Counted from the first letter of the stretch, positions 1 through 9,443 are shown. The stretch: DNA of 35,184 nucleotides from an uncultured Ignavibacteriaceae bacterium (GCA_964465905.1 CAYXMK010000001.1:16923-52106); one strand, 5' to 3'. Notes: generated from the letters alone by a model not told the origin. A program made the numbers and translations.

Positions 1-86
1 TATGGCCGGGCATCGTTGCTTGAACGGCAGCCCTTCACTGCGTATCTTGGACTGCATTTTCTCCACCACCAGCCGCTCGACTGCCC

Positions 87-800
87 ATGTCTTCTGAACA
101 GTCCGTTCTCCTCGTCGCCGCCGCATCGATCGGATTCTTCCACACCCTGTTCGGCCCCGACCACTATCTCCCATTCATTGCGATGGCAGCAGCGAGGAGT
201 TGGTCGATCGGCAAGACGGCAGTCATCACCTTCGTGTGCGGCCTTGGTCATATTTTTGGATCCGTCGTTCTCGGGTTTGTCGGTATCGGCATGGGGATTG
301 CCGTCGGCGAGTTGGAAGCGCTGGAGTCCGTACGCGGCAATCTTGCCGCCTGGGCATTGATAGCGTTCGGCCTCGTGTACACGGCGTGGGGCATCCGGCG
401 GGCATGGCGGAACATCCCCCACCAGCATCGCCACACTCACCCCGACGGCGTGGCACATGAGCACGAACACACGCATCACGGGGGGCACCTGCATGTTCAC
501 GAAGCAGAGACCGGTCGCAGCATCACGCCGTGGGTGCTGTTCGTGGTTTTCGTTCTTGGACCCTGCGAGCCTCTTATTCCGCTCCTCATGTATCCGGCCG
601 CGAAGGGGGACCTCTGGGATCTTATCTCCGTCACGGGAGCATTCGGCCTGGTCACGGTGGCAACCATGGTCACTATCGTAGTGGCATCGATTGCCGGTGT
701 GCGACGCCTGCCGATGATGCACCTGGAACGCTACGCCCACGCGCTTGCTGGCGCAACGATTCTCCTGTGCGGCCTCTCAATCCAGTTTCTGGGGCTCTGA
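87..800 (+). CDS. NicO/RcnA-like (Ni/Co-type) metal permease with histidine-rich loop
   Basis: ATG ORF of 237 aa with about 6 hydrophobic segments. It has an N-terminal FFHTLFGPDH motif, a central loop HQHRHTHPDGVAHEHEHTHHGGHLHVHE and a later GPCEPLIP motif. This is the same layout as E. coli RcnA (HGLEPGH, His-rich loop, GLIPCP). Confidence 0.6.
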   Translation: MSSEQSVLLVAAASIGFFHTLFGPDHYLPFIAMAAARSWSIGKTAVITFVCGLGHIFGSVVLGFVGIGMGIAVGELEALESVRGNLAAWALIAFGLVYTAWGIRRAWRNIPHQHRHTHPDGVAHEHEHTHHGGHLHVHEAETGRSITPWVLFVVFVLGPCEPLIPLLMYPAAKGDLWDLISVTGAFGLVTVATMVTIVVASIAGVRRLPMMHLERYAHALAGATILLCGLSIQFLGL

Positions 801-892
801 GCCGCCGCGTCCCGACATTGCCGTATTCGGATTTCCGACCGTCACGGACGTAGACAGGTATTGCCGGAGACCCAACCAACGACAAGTAAGCC

Positions 893-1462
893 ATGCCGCC
901 CTCATTCCATCCTGATGAGTTTTCGAGTATCGTCTCGGCGCATGTGCGGCGCTACCCTCAGATGCAGCTCCAGGACCTCTACAAGCTCGTTCACCAGGCC
1001 TCCCTCGGGAGTGAGCACGCCGTCCCGGACCCCGACGAGGCCCGACGGCGGTTCGAAAAAGAGCTTGCGCATCTTAGCGACGGTCCGGAAGAGCCGTTGC
1101 CGGATCCCATTTCTCCCGATGGACGTATCCTGCGGATTCATCTGCGGCCGTACGTTACCGCCGGGCTTGATCCCGGGTTGCTTCTCACCTCGTTCCTTCG
1201 CACGGCCAATGAATTCGAGGGATCCATCGAGCGGTTCGAACAGTACTGGCAGATTGCCGAGAACCTTGCCGACATAGGTCGCCTTCCGGTTCTCCCTGCA
1301 CACCTGAAAGAATACGGTCTCCGGATGAAAGGCCTGGGACATCCCGCCGTACATCATTCTGAGATGTACGAAGCTCTCTACAAGCCCGCGTACCGAGTAA
1401 TCGCGCGCGAATTCCTGCCCCTCCCTCTGACAAAGCTACGCGATAACCTCACAGCAAAGTGA
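893..1462 (+). CDS. hypothetical protein (no family recognised)
   Basis: ATG ORF of 189 aa with ordinary soluble-protein composition. The competing antisense ORFs are Arg/Pro-rich junk. Confidence 0.55.
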   Translation: MPPSFHPDEFSSIVSAHVRRYPQMQLQDLYKLVHQASLGSEHAVPDPDEARRRFEKELAHLSDGPEEPLPDPISPDGRILRIHLRPYVTAGLDPGLLLTSFLRTANEFEGSIERFEQYWQIAENLADIGRLPVLPAHLKEYGLRMKGLGHPAVHHSEMYEALYKPAYRVIAREFLPLPLTKLRDNLTAK

Positions 1463-1903
1463 CCGAGCTTCAGCGTGTTGCACCAGCGATGCGCCCCCCG
1501 CTTCCAACAGATTGCAGTGGAGAAGAAGATCCCGGGGCTGTGCAACCAAGCTCGGGTCAGTCTCACGCTCTGGTCATACGGGTCGCGCTGTGCAACGTGT
1601 CGTAGAACTTTCGTTTCCTCTGCTTGACTCTACTCGCAAAGACAAGTTTGAGAAACGCTGCGGGGCTATGATTCGGTTTCGGGGAAGCCACGGCCCCGCC
1701 GGGTTTGTCCTTCCTCAAGCAAGGGAGACTCCTCTCGTTGGTTTGCGGTCATTTTCTCTATCGCGCTCACGGTCTTGCCGACGGCAGAGGCGGCGCTGCT
1801 GAACGGAGAAGTGACCGTCATCCCGCAGCTCGTCTCGCTTCCGTACGCGATGCTCTCTCCTGCCGGAGCCATCCTTCTGTTCAACCGACGGGATCTCTAA
1901 GGC

Positions 1904-2659
1904 ATGAAGCGAGACTCCTTGGAGCCGGGCGGAGGGAGCGTGATGTGGTGGAATCATTTCCTCACTCCGTTCTTCAACCCCTTTGCCGCACACCTGAAGC
2001 ATCCTCCTCTGCCTACTTTTGCGGCATATCTCGCGCCGGTGACGGTGTTTATGCTTGCTATCTTTGCGTGCGGATATTGGCTCCTGTCGAGCTCGTGGTA
2101 CCTCGAGGAGACGCTTGCGAAGATGGAACAGGCCGCGGTCACGTCGGAAGAACATGAACGTGCGGAGCGCACACGCGAAGGCCTTGCCTACGTTTCGGCG
2201 AATCCGGGCCTGCGGATGCTCCTGTCGGCTCAAACCGCCCTGAGCATCGTCCGCAGCCTTGCGGTCTGGCTTTGTGTCGTCTGGCTTCTGCTTTCGTTCA
2301 TCTCTGATCGTTGGCATACCGTTCCGCAATTCTGGTTGCTCTCGACCGGCTCCCTGGCCATTCTCACAGCGGCTGCGCTCGTCAACACTCTTCTGAAGTT
2401 TCTCCTGCTGAAGCCGACAGCGGCATTGGGTGCACCGTTGCTGTTTGACTCCCCGCAACACGACTCGCCGCTTCACACCCTTCTGGTGCAGTGCGATTTT
2501 CTGCTCTGGTATTCAGTTGCTCTTCTTTCGCACAGAACATCCGGACTTTTTGGGGAAAGACCGGCGACGATCTTCCTGTCGGCATTCGGCCTCTGGATCA
2601 TGCTCGTCCTGATCCTTCGTGCGTTCTTCGGGATCAACACCTCTCTCACACTGAATTAG
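1904..2659 (+). CDS. hypothetical polytopic membrane protein
   Basis: ATG ORF of 251 aa with about 5-6 Leu/Trp/Phe-rich hydrophobic segments. The overlapping minus-strand ORF 1715..2476 is Arg-rich and looks non-coding. An alternative start exists at the second Met (1943). Confidence 0.5.
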   Translation: MKRDSLEPGGGSVMWWNHFLTPFFNPFAAHLKHPPLPTFAAYLAPVTVFMLAIFACGYWLLSSSWYLEETLAKMEQAAVTSEEHERAERTREGLAYVSANPGLRMLLSAQTALSIVRSLAVWLCVVWLLLSFISDRWHTVPQFWLLSTGSLAILTAAALVNTLLKFLLLKPTAALGAPLLFDSPQHDSPLHTLLVQCDFLLWYSVALLSHRTSGLFGERPATIFLSAFGLWIMLVLILRAFFGINTSLTLN

Positions 2660-2893
2660 CCCTCTGAGAGCGCCGCGGTCCGATTCCAGCCGTTCAAACC
2701 TGAGCGTTGATCGGTTGATCGTCTCTTTTCCCTTGAGCCGGGGAATCTTCGGAATTGCACGATACTCCCTGAGGTCACACATCAGGGGCTGAAGTGTCCC
2801 GAGCACACGGTATTTTTGCGTCCTCTTGCGACAGGCGAAGAGAGTCAGTATCTTGGAATGAAGAATTCTCTCCCCATCTCCGAAAGCCGACCG

Positions 2894-4021
2894 ATGGCGA
2901 TCGAGATACGCCCGGTGAGTTCACACCGCGACTTGAAGCGGTTCGTGCGGTTCCCCTTCACCCTCTACCGGGGAAATCCCTACTGGGTCCCTCCGTTGAT
3001 CTCCGACGAGCTGAACACGCTCCGTACGGACAGGAATCCCGCGTTCGAACACTGCACGGCGAAGTATTGGCTTGCGTACGACGGTCGTGAGATCGTCGGG
3101 CGCATCGCCGGCATCATCAACCGGAAGTTCATCGAGCGGTGGAAGCGGAACTACGCCCGTTTTTCCTGGATCGATTTTGTTGACAGTCCGGAGGTTGCCG
3201 CAGCGCTGTATGGTGCGGTCGAGCACTGGGCCCGTTCGGAAGGAATGGAAGCGGTGCACGGTCCGCTGGGCTTCACCGACATGGACCGCGAGGGAATGCT
3301 GGTGGAGGGCTTCAATGAGCTGGGGACTATGGCCACAAGCTACAACTACCCGTACTATCCCCTCCACACGGAACTGCTGGGATACACCAAGGAAGCGGAC
3401 TGGTTGGAGTATGAGATTAAGGTGCCCGCGGAAATACCCGAGAAGGCCCTGAAGATCGCGGAGCTCACCCTTGAGCGCCGCAGACTGCACGTGCTCGAGG
3501 CCAGGAAGGCAAAGGATTTTCTTCCGTACGCGCGCGGGATTTTCGACGTCATCAATGAAACGTACAAGGACCTCCACGGCTTCGTGCACCTTTCCGAGAA
3601 GCAGGTCGATCTGTACGTGAAGCAGTACATCCCGAACGTCGTTCCCGACTACGTGAAGGTTATTCTCGACGAACAGGACAGAGTTGCGGGGTTTGTCATC
3701 GCCATGCCTTCCCTCTCGCGGGCACTCCAGAAGGCACGGGGTCGACTCTTTCCGTTCGGGTTCATCCACCTCCTCCTGGCGCTGCGCCGACCGAAGTACC
3801 TCGACCTGTACCTTGGAGCTGTTCGCCCCGACTTGCAGGGGAAGGGAGCCGACGCTCTGCTGATCACCGAGCTGGCACGATCGTGCATCAAGAACGGTAT
3901 CGTCTCTGCCGAATCCAACCTGGAGCTGGAGACCAACGTGCTGGTGCAGGGGCACTGGAAGTACTTCGAGCGGAGACAACACAAGCGGCGGCGGTGTTAC
4001 ATCAAACATTTGACTCCGTGA
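2894..4021 (+). CDS. GNAT-fold N-acyltransferase-like protein (about 375-aa family)
   Basis: The frame is open from TTG 2816, and I chose ATG 2894 (MAIEIRPVSSHRDLKRFVRFPFTLYRGNPYWVPPLI...). The N-terminus and the motifs ARFSWIDFVD and HGPLGFTDMDREGMLVEGF match my memory of a conserved GNAT-annotated family in Bacteroidota-like genomes. Confidence 0.65.
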   Translation: MAIEIRPVSSHRDLKRFVRFPFTLYRGNPYWVPPLISDELNTLRTDRNPAFEHCTAKYWLAYDGREIVGRIAGIINRKFIERWKRNYARFSWIDFVDSPEVAAALYGAVEHWARSEGMEAVHGPLGFTDMDREGMLVEGFNELGTMATSYNYPYYPLHTELLGYTKEADWLEYEIKVPAEIPEKALKIAELTLERRRLHVLEARKAKDFLPYARGIFDVINETYKDLHGFVHLSEKQVDLYVKQYIPNVVPDYVKVILDEQDRVAGFVIAMPSLSRALQKARGRLFPFGFIHLLLALRRPKYLDLYLGAVRPDLQGKGADALLITELARSCIKNGIVSAESNLELETNVLVQGHWKYFERRQHKRRRCYIKHLTP

Positions 4022-4219
4022 AGTCCGGAGCTTTCTTCTTTCCACCGTCGAGTGTCTGTATCTCCCCCTGCCGCAGAGTCTGGTTCGTCCTCTGTTGGTT
4101 TCTCCAATATGAGAATGGGACTCGTCATGCCAGTCCCGCGCCGTTGAAAATCGCCGATTCTTCCCGTAGCTTTTCCCCGTCGTACACTCCTGCAGGCTTT
4201 CCAAGAAGGAGGCTTTTCC

Positions 4220-4990
4220 ATGGACATTCGTTTCTATATGCTCTGCTACCGGGCCGAGGCGCTGGTGGCCTCGCACCTCGATCCCGAAGCGTTCGGACGC
4301 TACATGGCTGTCGGAACGCAGAAACACACGCGGGGGAACGTCATCTTTTTCGAAATCAACCGGAAACTCAAGAGCGACTACTTTCGTCTGGAGGACATTC
4401 ATCTTCGTTGTGTTCCGCATCCGGATGGAAGTCCGAAGCGAAGCAAGTACATCAGCATCTACCGCGTGATGGAGCACATCCCGCTGGAGGAGTACGGGTT
4501 GCTGTACCTCGTCACTGCGGACGGCCGCGTGATGTCGCTCGGCCCCGAGCCGTACTCTGAAGAAGCGATGGACCAGGACGTTCATTTGTACCACGAGCTC
4601 TGTCCTGTGTCTCCGCTTGTTGTCTCGGCGCTCCCGCCGGGCCGGTTCATCAAGTTCATGACCGGGAAGGACAATCCTCTCCATGTGCCGCGTCTGTTTC
4701 TCGCCGACCTCCTGCTCGACCGGGATGAGACCGGGCAGCTGGCAGGGTACCTCCCGTACCACGACCCGGCACATATCATGGATTGTGTGGAAGAAGTAAA
4801 GAAGGGGGGAAAGAAGCAGACGAAGACGGTCACACGCAACCCGGTCCATTACGGTTTCTTTCGAACGATCAACCGGGGGTTTTTCCTCGGTGACCAGCAG
4901 GGTTTGAAGGTGTACCGCTTCCCGGAGCGTCGCGTGCTGGAAGTCGAGCATGCCCGCTGGTGGCGCTCGGCCTCTGAGAGTCTTGCGTAG
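4220..4990 (+). CDS. hypothetical protein (no family recognised)
   Basis: ATG ORF of 256 aa preceded by AAGGAGG (4206-4212) at 7-nt spacing. Composition is soluble-protein-like. Confidence 0.6.
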   Translation: MDIRFYMLCYRAEALVASHLDPEAFGRYMAVGTQKHTRGNVIFFEINRKLKSDYFRLEDIHLRCVPHPDGSPKRSKYISIYRVMEHIPLEEYGLLYLVTADGRVMSLGPEPYSEEAMDQDVHLYHELCPVSPLVVSALPPGRFIKFMTGKDNPLHVPRLFLADLLLDRDETGQLAGYLPYHDPAHIMDCVEEVKKGGKKQTKTVTRNPVHYGFFRTINRGFFLGDQQGLKVYRFPERRVLEVEHARWWRSASESLA

Positions 4991-5054
4991 GCCGGAAGCA
5001 TCCCTGACGAACGACGTGTGCTCTGTGCTCTCATTTTGACTGCTGAGGACATCC

Positions 5055-7613
5055 ATGATTCCCCATTCGTTCCGTTCCGTCCTGTGCTCAGAGAGAACCC
5101 GCATTGCGTTCCTTGCTGTGATGGCGTTCCTCTTCGGCGCGGCATTCCTGTGGAATCCTTTCCCGGGAACATCCTCCGACGCACCCGGGGTGATTCAGGA
5201 AACCCGCTTCGCGCCGTTCAGTCTCTTCACGGATCCGAAGTACACGTCTCTTGAGATCGTCACACTCTTCATCGTTCTCGCTATCGCCATCGGAGGTCTC
5301 GTCTACGCCTTTTTGCTGATGCGGCAGGTCTTGCGCGCCGGGGAGGGGACGCCGCGGATGCAGGATGTCGCGGCGGCGGTCCGCGAGGGCGCAAACGCGT
5401 ATCTGTCAGCGCAGTTCAGGCGGATCGGTCCGCTGATCATCATCCTCACGCTGCTGCTCTGGTTCACCTATACCGGAACGGTCGATGCGTTCCGATGGGG
5501 GAGGGCCGGGGCATTCCTCGTGGGAGCTCTCTTCAGCTGGACCGTCGGCTTTGTCGGCATGCGGCTGGCGACCAGCGGCAACCTCCGTGTCGCCGCCGCT
5601 GCCATGAGGAGTTACGGTGAGGCGATGCAGATCGGCTACCGCACCGGCACCGTCACGGGCATGCTGACGGACGGCCTTGGGCTGCTCGGCGGGACGGTGA
5701 TCTTCCTGATCTTCAGCGAGGCGGCGTACGAGGCCTTGCTGGGTTTCGGCTTCGGAGGAACGCTGCTGGCGCTGTTCATGAGGGTCGGCGGCGGGATCTA
5801 CACGAAAGCCGCCGATGTCGGCGCCGACCTCGTGGGAAAGATCGAAAAGGACGTCCCGGAGGATGACCCCCGCAACGCGGCAACGATCGCGGACAACGTC
5901 GGAGATAACGTCGGCGATTGTGCGGGAATGGCGGCGGATGTCTTCGAAAGCTATGAAGTGACAATGGTCGCAGCGATGATCCTTGGCATGGCCAGCTTCG
6001 GCCACAAAGGGGTGATTTTCCCGCTCCTCGTGCGAGGCATCGGTGTGCTCGGATCCATCATCAGTACCTACACGGTGAAGGCCGGTGCGCACGACACGTC
6101 CGATACAGCTCTCCGCAGCGTGCACCGGGGGTTCTGGATTGGCTCCGTTATCAGCGTGGTGGGATTCTTCGTCCTCGGTTTCTTCTACTTGAACTTCGAT
6201 CTCGAGTACCTCCGCATGAACCCGATGGCACAATCGGGCTTCCCTGGCGGCGATCCGGCGAACCTGAGCTTCCTGGCCAATTTCGGGATCGCAGGCCTCG
6301 ACATGCGGCCGGCCCTGACCTGTCTGATCGGCGTGTTCCTGGCCATCGCACTCAACAAAGTCACCAGCTACTTCACCCATACGAGTCACACTCCCGTCAA
6401 GACCCTCGCGAAGGCCTGTCAGACGGGGCATGCGACCAACATCATCCAGGGCTTCGCCGTTGGCTACGAGAGCACCGTCGCTGCACTCCTTGTGATCGCG
6501 GCGGCGATCCTGATCTCTGTCCTGACCTATACCGGCACTCCTCCTCTCTTCGTCGCCTACGGCGTAGCCATGACCGGCATCGGCATGCTGACGCTCACCG
6601 GTAACACGATTTCCATGGATGTCTTCGGTCCGGTGGCCGACAATGCCAACGGCATCGGGGAGATGGGCTACGATCCGATCGAGATGGAGCGAAACGAACC
6701 GGGGAGCTACCATCGGGCGCGCCAGATCCTGGCCGACCTTGACGCTGTCGGGAACACAACGAAGGCAGAGACGAAGGGAATCGCCATCGGCTCCGCGGTC
6801 ATCGCGGCTGTCTCCCTCTTCTCGAGCTTCATTGCCGTCATCGCCGTGGGGAGCGAAGAGAGAATCAACCTGATGACGATCGAGCAGTACCTCGAGCAGG
6901 CGGGGCGTCTGACCGTGGCCGATCCCAAGGTGTTCATCGGCTTCCTCATTGGCGGCGCGGTGCCGTTTCTCTTCAGCAGTATGCTGATCCGGGCGGTGGG
7001 ACGGGCAGCATTCTACATCGTGAAAGAGTGCCGCGTGCAGTTCCGCGATCCTGAAATCTGGGCCGGAACCAGGAAACCGGACTACGGGCGGGTTGTCAAC
7101 ATCTGCACGTACACCGCGCAGAAGGAGCTGATCGGACCCGGATTCCTTGCCATCATGACGCCGATTCTGGTAGGCTTTCTGCTCGGTCCGTATGCGCTGG
7201 GAGGATTCCTGGCAGGAATGATTCTGGTGGGACAGCTGCTTGCGGTCTTCATGTCGAATGCAGGGGGTGCGTGGGACAACGCCAAGAAGATGATCGAAGA
7301 CGGAATCTACGGAGGCAAGGGTTCCGAGGCACACAAGGCGGCGGTCACCGGCGACACCGTAGGCGATCCGCTGAAGGACACCGCCGGACCGGCGATCAAT
7401 CCGCTCATCAAGGTGATGAACATGGTCAGCCTGCTGGCTCTCGGCCTTGTGCTGCAGTACAACGTGTTCATGCCGTCGGTGCCGGGTACGGTGCCGCTGA
7501 TTATCGGCATTGTCGTTCTGATCATCTCAGCCGGCGCGATCGCCTGGGCGGTCTGGCAGAGCAAGCGGGAATCTATGCCGATGACGGAGGAGGGGGGAAC
7601 AGCAGCAAGCTGA
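5055..7613 (+). CDS. hppA: membrane-bound proton-translocating pyrophosphatase, K+-independent type
   Basis: 852-aa polytopic protein carrying the H+-PPase signatures GGIYTKAADVGADLVGKIEKDVPEDDPRNAATIADNVGDNVGDCAGMAADVFESY and DTVGDPLKDTAGPAINPLIKVMN. The GNTTKAETKG motif (6750-6779) has the Lys/Thr pair diagnostic of K+-independent enzymes. GAGGA lies 5 nt upstream of the ATG. Confidence 0.95.
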   Translation: MIPHSFRSVLCSERTRIAFLAVMAFLFGAAFLWNPFPGTSSDAPGVIQETRFAPFSLFTDPKYTSLEIVTLFIVLAIAIGGLVYAFLLMRQVLRAGEGTPRMQDVAAAVREGANAYLSAQFRRIGPLIIILTLLLWFTYTGTVDAFRWGRAGAFLVGALFSWTVGFVGMRLATSGNLRVAAAAMRSYGEAMQIGYRTGTVTGMLTDGLGLLGGTVIFLIFSEAAYEALLGFGFGGTLLALFMRVGGGIYTKAADVGADLVGKIEKDVPEDDPRNAATIADNVGDNVGDCAGMAADVFESYEVTMVAAMILGMASFGHKGVIFPLLVRGIGVLGSIISTYTVKAGAHDTSDTALRSVHRGFWIGSVISVVGFFVLGFFYLNFDLEYLRMNPMAQSGFPGGDPANLSFLANFGIAGLDMRPALTCLIGVFLAIALNKVTSYFTHTSHTPVKTLAKACQTGHATNIIQGFAVGYESTVAALLVIAAAILISVLTYTGTPPLFVAYGVAMTGIGMLTLTGNTISMDVFGPVADNANGIGEMGYDPIEMERNEPGSYHRARQILADLDAVGNTTKAETKGIAIGSAVIAAVSLFSSFIAVIAVGSEERINLMTIEQYLEQAGRLTVADPKVFIGFLIGGAVPFLFSSMLIRAVGRAAFYIVKECRVQFRDPEIWAGTRKPDYGRVVNICTYTAQKELIGPGFLAIMTPILVGFLLGPYALGGFLAGMILVGQLLAVFMSNAGGAWDNAKKMIEDGIYGGKGSEAHKAAVTGDTVGDPLKDTAGPAINPLIKVMNMVSLLALGLVLQYNVFMPSVPGTVPLIIGIVVLIISAGAIAWAVWQSKRESMPMTEEGGTAAS

Positions 7614-7637
7614 TGGCTCATCGTGTGTCAGTGACAG

Positions 7638-7676
7638 GAGCCGGCTGAGGAGGGTGGCCGGCTCTTGGTGTTTCTT
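7638..7676 (+). terminator. intrinsic terminator after hppA
   Basis: GAGCCGGC (7638-7645) pairs with GCCGGCTC (7657-7664) to give an 8-bp GC-rich stem with an 11-nt loop. It is followed by TTGGTGTTTCTT and sits between the convergent hppA and pdxB genes. Confidence 0.6.
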
Positions 7677-7715
7677 GACTCAAGGCCGCCGGGTAGTGCA
7701 AAACCCTGCGCGTAC

Positions 7716-8861
7716 TCACGGTGAAAACCCCACCGCCGCGAGGACATGCCGCAGCCACGCAGCGTCCGGAGGCACCGACACCGACGTCGCGGCAAATTCT
7801 CTCCGGACAGGGTACTCTGCCCTCAGTTTCCGGAAATATGCGGAACGCTCCTCAGGAGGAAGGTCTCCCAGCCTCCGCAACGCCCGGTCGTCTTCCTCGA
7901 TGTCGTAGCAGCGCAGGACAATTTCCCGGAGAATTTCCTCGGGCGACGATGCGCCGATGGCTTCGAGAGAGATGTGATCGACCTTCGGCGGAGGCAGTTC
8001 TGCCGGACCCTTCCAGCGCCTCTCCTGGCGGAAGAAATCACAGACGGCATTGTACGTCATCCGCACTGCATTGAGTTTGCCGTCGAACGAGTACCCCGCG
8101 ATATGCGACGTTGCCACAGCGGTCATCTTTAGGAGTTCGACATCGATCGACGGTTCATGTTCCCACACATCCAGCATTGCAGCCGCCAGGTGGCCGGAGC
8201 CGAGGGCTTCCCTGAGCGCGTGGGAATCCACGACGCTTCCGCGAGCCGTATTGATGAGGATTGAGCCGTGCTTCATCCTTCCGATCCGATCGGCATCGAA
8301 GAGATGGTACGTCGCATCCTCTCCCTCGCGCGTCAACGGAACATGGAGCGTCACGATATCCGATTCCATCAGATCGTCCAGCGGCACGAACTGTTTTCCG
8401 CCGGTGGAGCGTGCCAGCGGCGGGTCGTTCTGGAGAACCCGCATTCCCAGTGTTTCACCGATGCGCACCACCCTGCTGCCGACGTTTCCCACGCCGACAA
8501 CACCGAGCGTCCTCCCTCTCAGTGCAAAGCCGAACCGGCGCCCCAGCACGAGGAGTCCGGCCAGCAGGTACTCCGCCACGGATTGAGCATTGCTCCCGGG
8601 TGCGTTCGCGAAACCGATTCTTCGCTGCCGAAGGTACTCAAGATCAATATGATCCGTCCCGATGGTCGCCGTTGCCACAAACCTTACCCGGCTCCCCTCC
8701 AGGAGGTTCCGATCCACCCTCGTCTCCGACCGCACCACGAGGGCATCGGCATCCCGGATATTCGCCGGCGTAATTTCTGCCGTCGGCAGCGCCGCCACCT
8801 CGCCGAACTGACGGAATGCTTCCTCGACACACGGATTGTTACGGTCCACGACAATCTTCAT
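7716..8861 (-). CDS. pdxB: erythronate-4-phosphate dehydrogenase
   Basis: 381 aa, colinear with E. coli PdxB from the N-terminus (MKIVVD...DADALVVRS...TATIGTDHIDLEYL). It continues through the NAD site GVVGVGNVGSRV and the catalytic region LDVWEHEP...TSHIAGYS. It also has the PdxB-specific C-terminal dimerisation extension. Confidence 0.9.
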   Translation of the reverse strand: MKIVVDRNNPCVEEAFRQFGEVAALPTAEITPANIRDADALVVRSETRVDRNLLEGSRVRFVATATIGTDHIDLEYLRQRRIGFANAPGSNAQSVAEYLLAGLLVLGRRFGFALRGRTLGVVGVGNVGSRVVRIGETLGMRVLQNDPPLARSTGGKQFVPLDDLMESDIVTLHVPLTREGEDATYHLFDADRIGRMKHGSILINTARGSVVDSHALREALGSGHLAAAMLDVWEHEPSIDVELLKMTAVATSHIAGYSFDGKLNAVRMTYNAVCDFFRQERRWKGPAELPPPKVDHISLEAIGASSPEEILREIVLRCYDIEEDDRALRRLGDLPPEERSAYFRKLRAEYPVRREFAATSVSVPPDAAWLRHVLAAVGFSP

Positions 8862-8901
8862 GACACACCCATCTCTTCACCGTCCGGGGGAATTCAGCTA
8901 C

Positions 8902-9213
8902 TCATCGCCGTGAAACCGCCGTCCACCGGAATACTTGCTCCTTCGTCGGCAAAGATCCTCGCCGGATCACGATGTGGGCTGATAGGGATTTCTCCCACGT
9001 GCCCTCTTGTTCCAGCGTCGCCTGGCCTCCCAGACTGAACAGACACACAGAGTGGCCCGTGCGTCTGAGATTTCGCGTGGGCATCTCTGCTCGCTTGCCG
9101 AAGGAACGAGCAACGACACTCCACGGCTTCAGCCCCGCCGCCACGGTCGTCAGCGCGGCTCCGCTCACGAGGGAGCGGACAAAGGTACGACGTGAAACGT
9201 TCTTTGACGCCAT
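8902..9213 (-). pseudogene. truncated remnant: Tat-signal plus aldo/keto-reductase-like N-terminus
   Basis: From ATG 9213 the sequence reads MASKNVSRRTFVRSLVSGAALTTVAAG (twin-arginine signal). It continues MPTRNLRRTGHSVCLFSLGG, which resembles the AKR N-terminal M-x-YR-x-LG-x-TG-x-VS-x-LGLG. The frame stops after about 103 aa, whereas AKRs are about 300+ aa. A different frame over 8894-8965 ends ...ARIFADEGASIPVDGGFTAMSS*, which resembles an SDR C-terminus. Confidence 0.35.
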
Positions 9214-9443
9214 GACAAGGTCCTTTCTGACCGTCGAGCATCTCGGCGGGTTGTCCTCGGGCAAGCAAGATAGTGCCTCTTCTCATCAGGGTCAACGTGC
9301 GCCCAGAAACGCAGGAGCGATTCTGTACCGTGAACGTTCCTCTAACGGCCGACCCCACAGCTTGACTCTCACCGGTGGCCCGCCTATATTCTGATGCCTG
9401 AGATCAGGGAATCGCGCCAACCACCTATTCCAGCGGAGGCCTC

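Noticed and set aside
1715-2476. 253-aa minus-strand ORF overlapping the 1904..2659 membrane-protein ORF
   Set aside because: It has extremely high Arg/Lys/Glu/Gln content (RRRLCRRQDRERDREND...) and lacks hydrophobic cores. The + strand frame gives coherent TM helices. Neither call is certain, so the + gene is given only 0.5 confidence.
2664-2721. TPP-riboswitch-like fragments (CTGAGA at 2664-2669, AACCTGA at 2697-2703) and a tandem 8-mer GTTGATCG GTTGATCG (2706-2721)
   Set aside because: The conserved GGGG...ACCC pairing partners and the pyrimidine-sensor helix of the THI element are missing. The downstream gene (GNAT-like) is unrelated to thiamine. The tandem 8-mer is too short to interpret.
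2921-5104. 727-aa ORF on the minus strand, the longest ORF in this part of the window
   Set aside because: It lies antisense to two well-supported + strand genes (GNAT-like 2894-4021 and 4220-4990). Its composition is dominated by Arg, Leu, Val, Pro and His with no recognisable motifs. This is a typical shadow ORF of GC-rich DNA.
5406-7334. 642-aa minus-strand ORF
   Set aside because: It is entirely antisense to hppA, whose identity is unambiguous. It is Arg/Asp/His-rich and of low complexity.
8268-9038. 256-aa + strand ORF spanning the pdxB 5' region and the remnant locus
   Set aside because: It is mostly antisense to pdxB, has no motifs and has Arg/His/Pro-rich composition.
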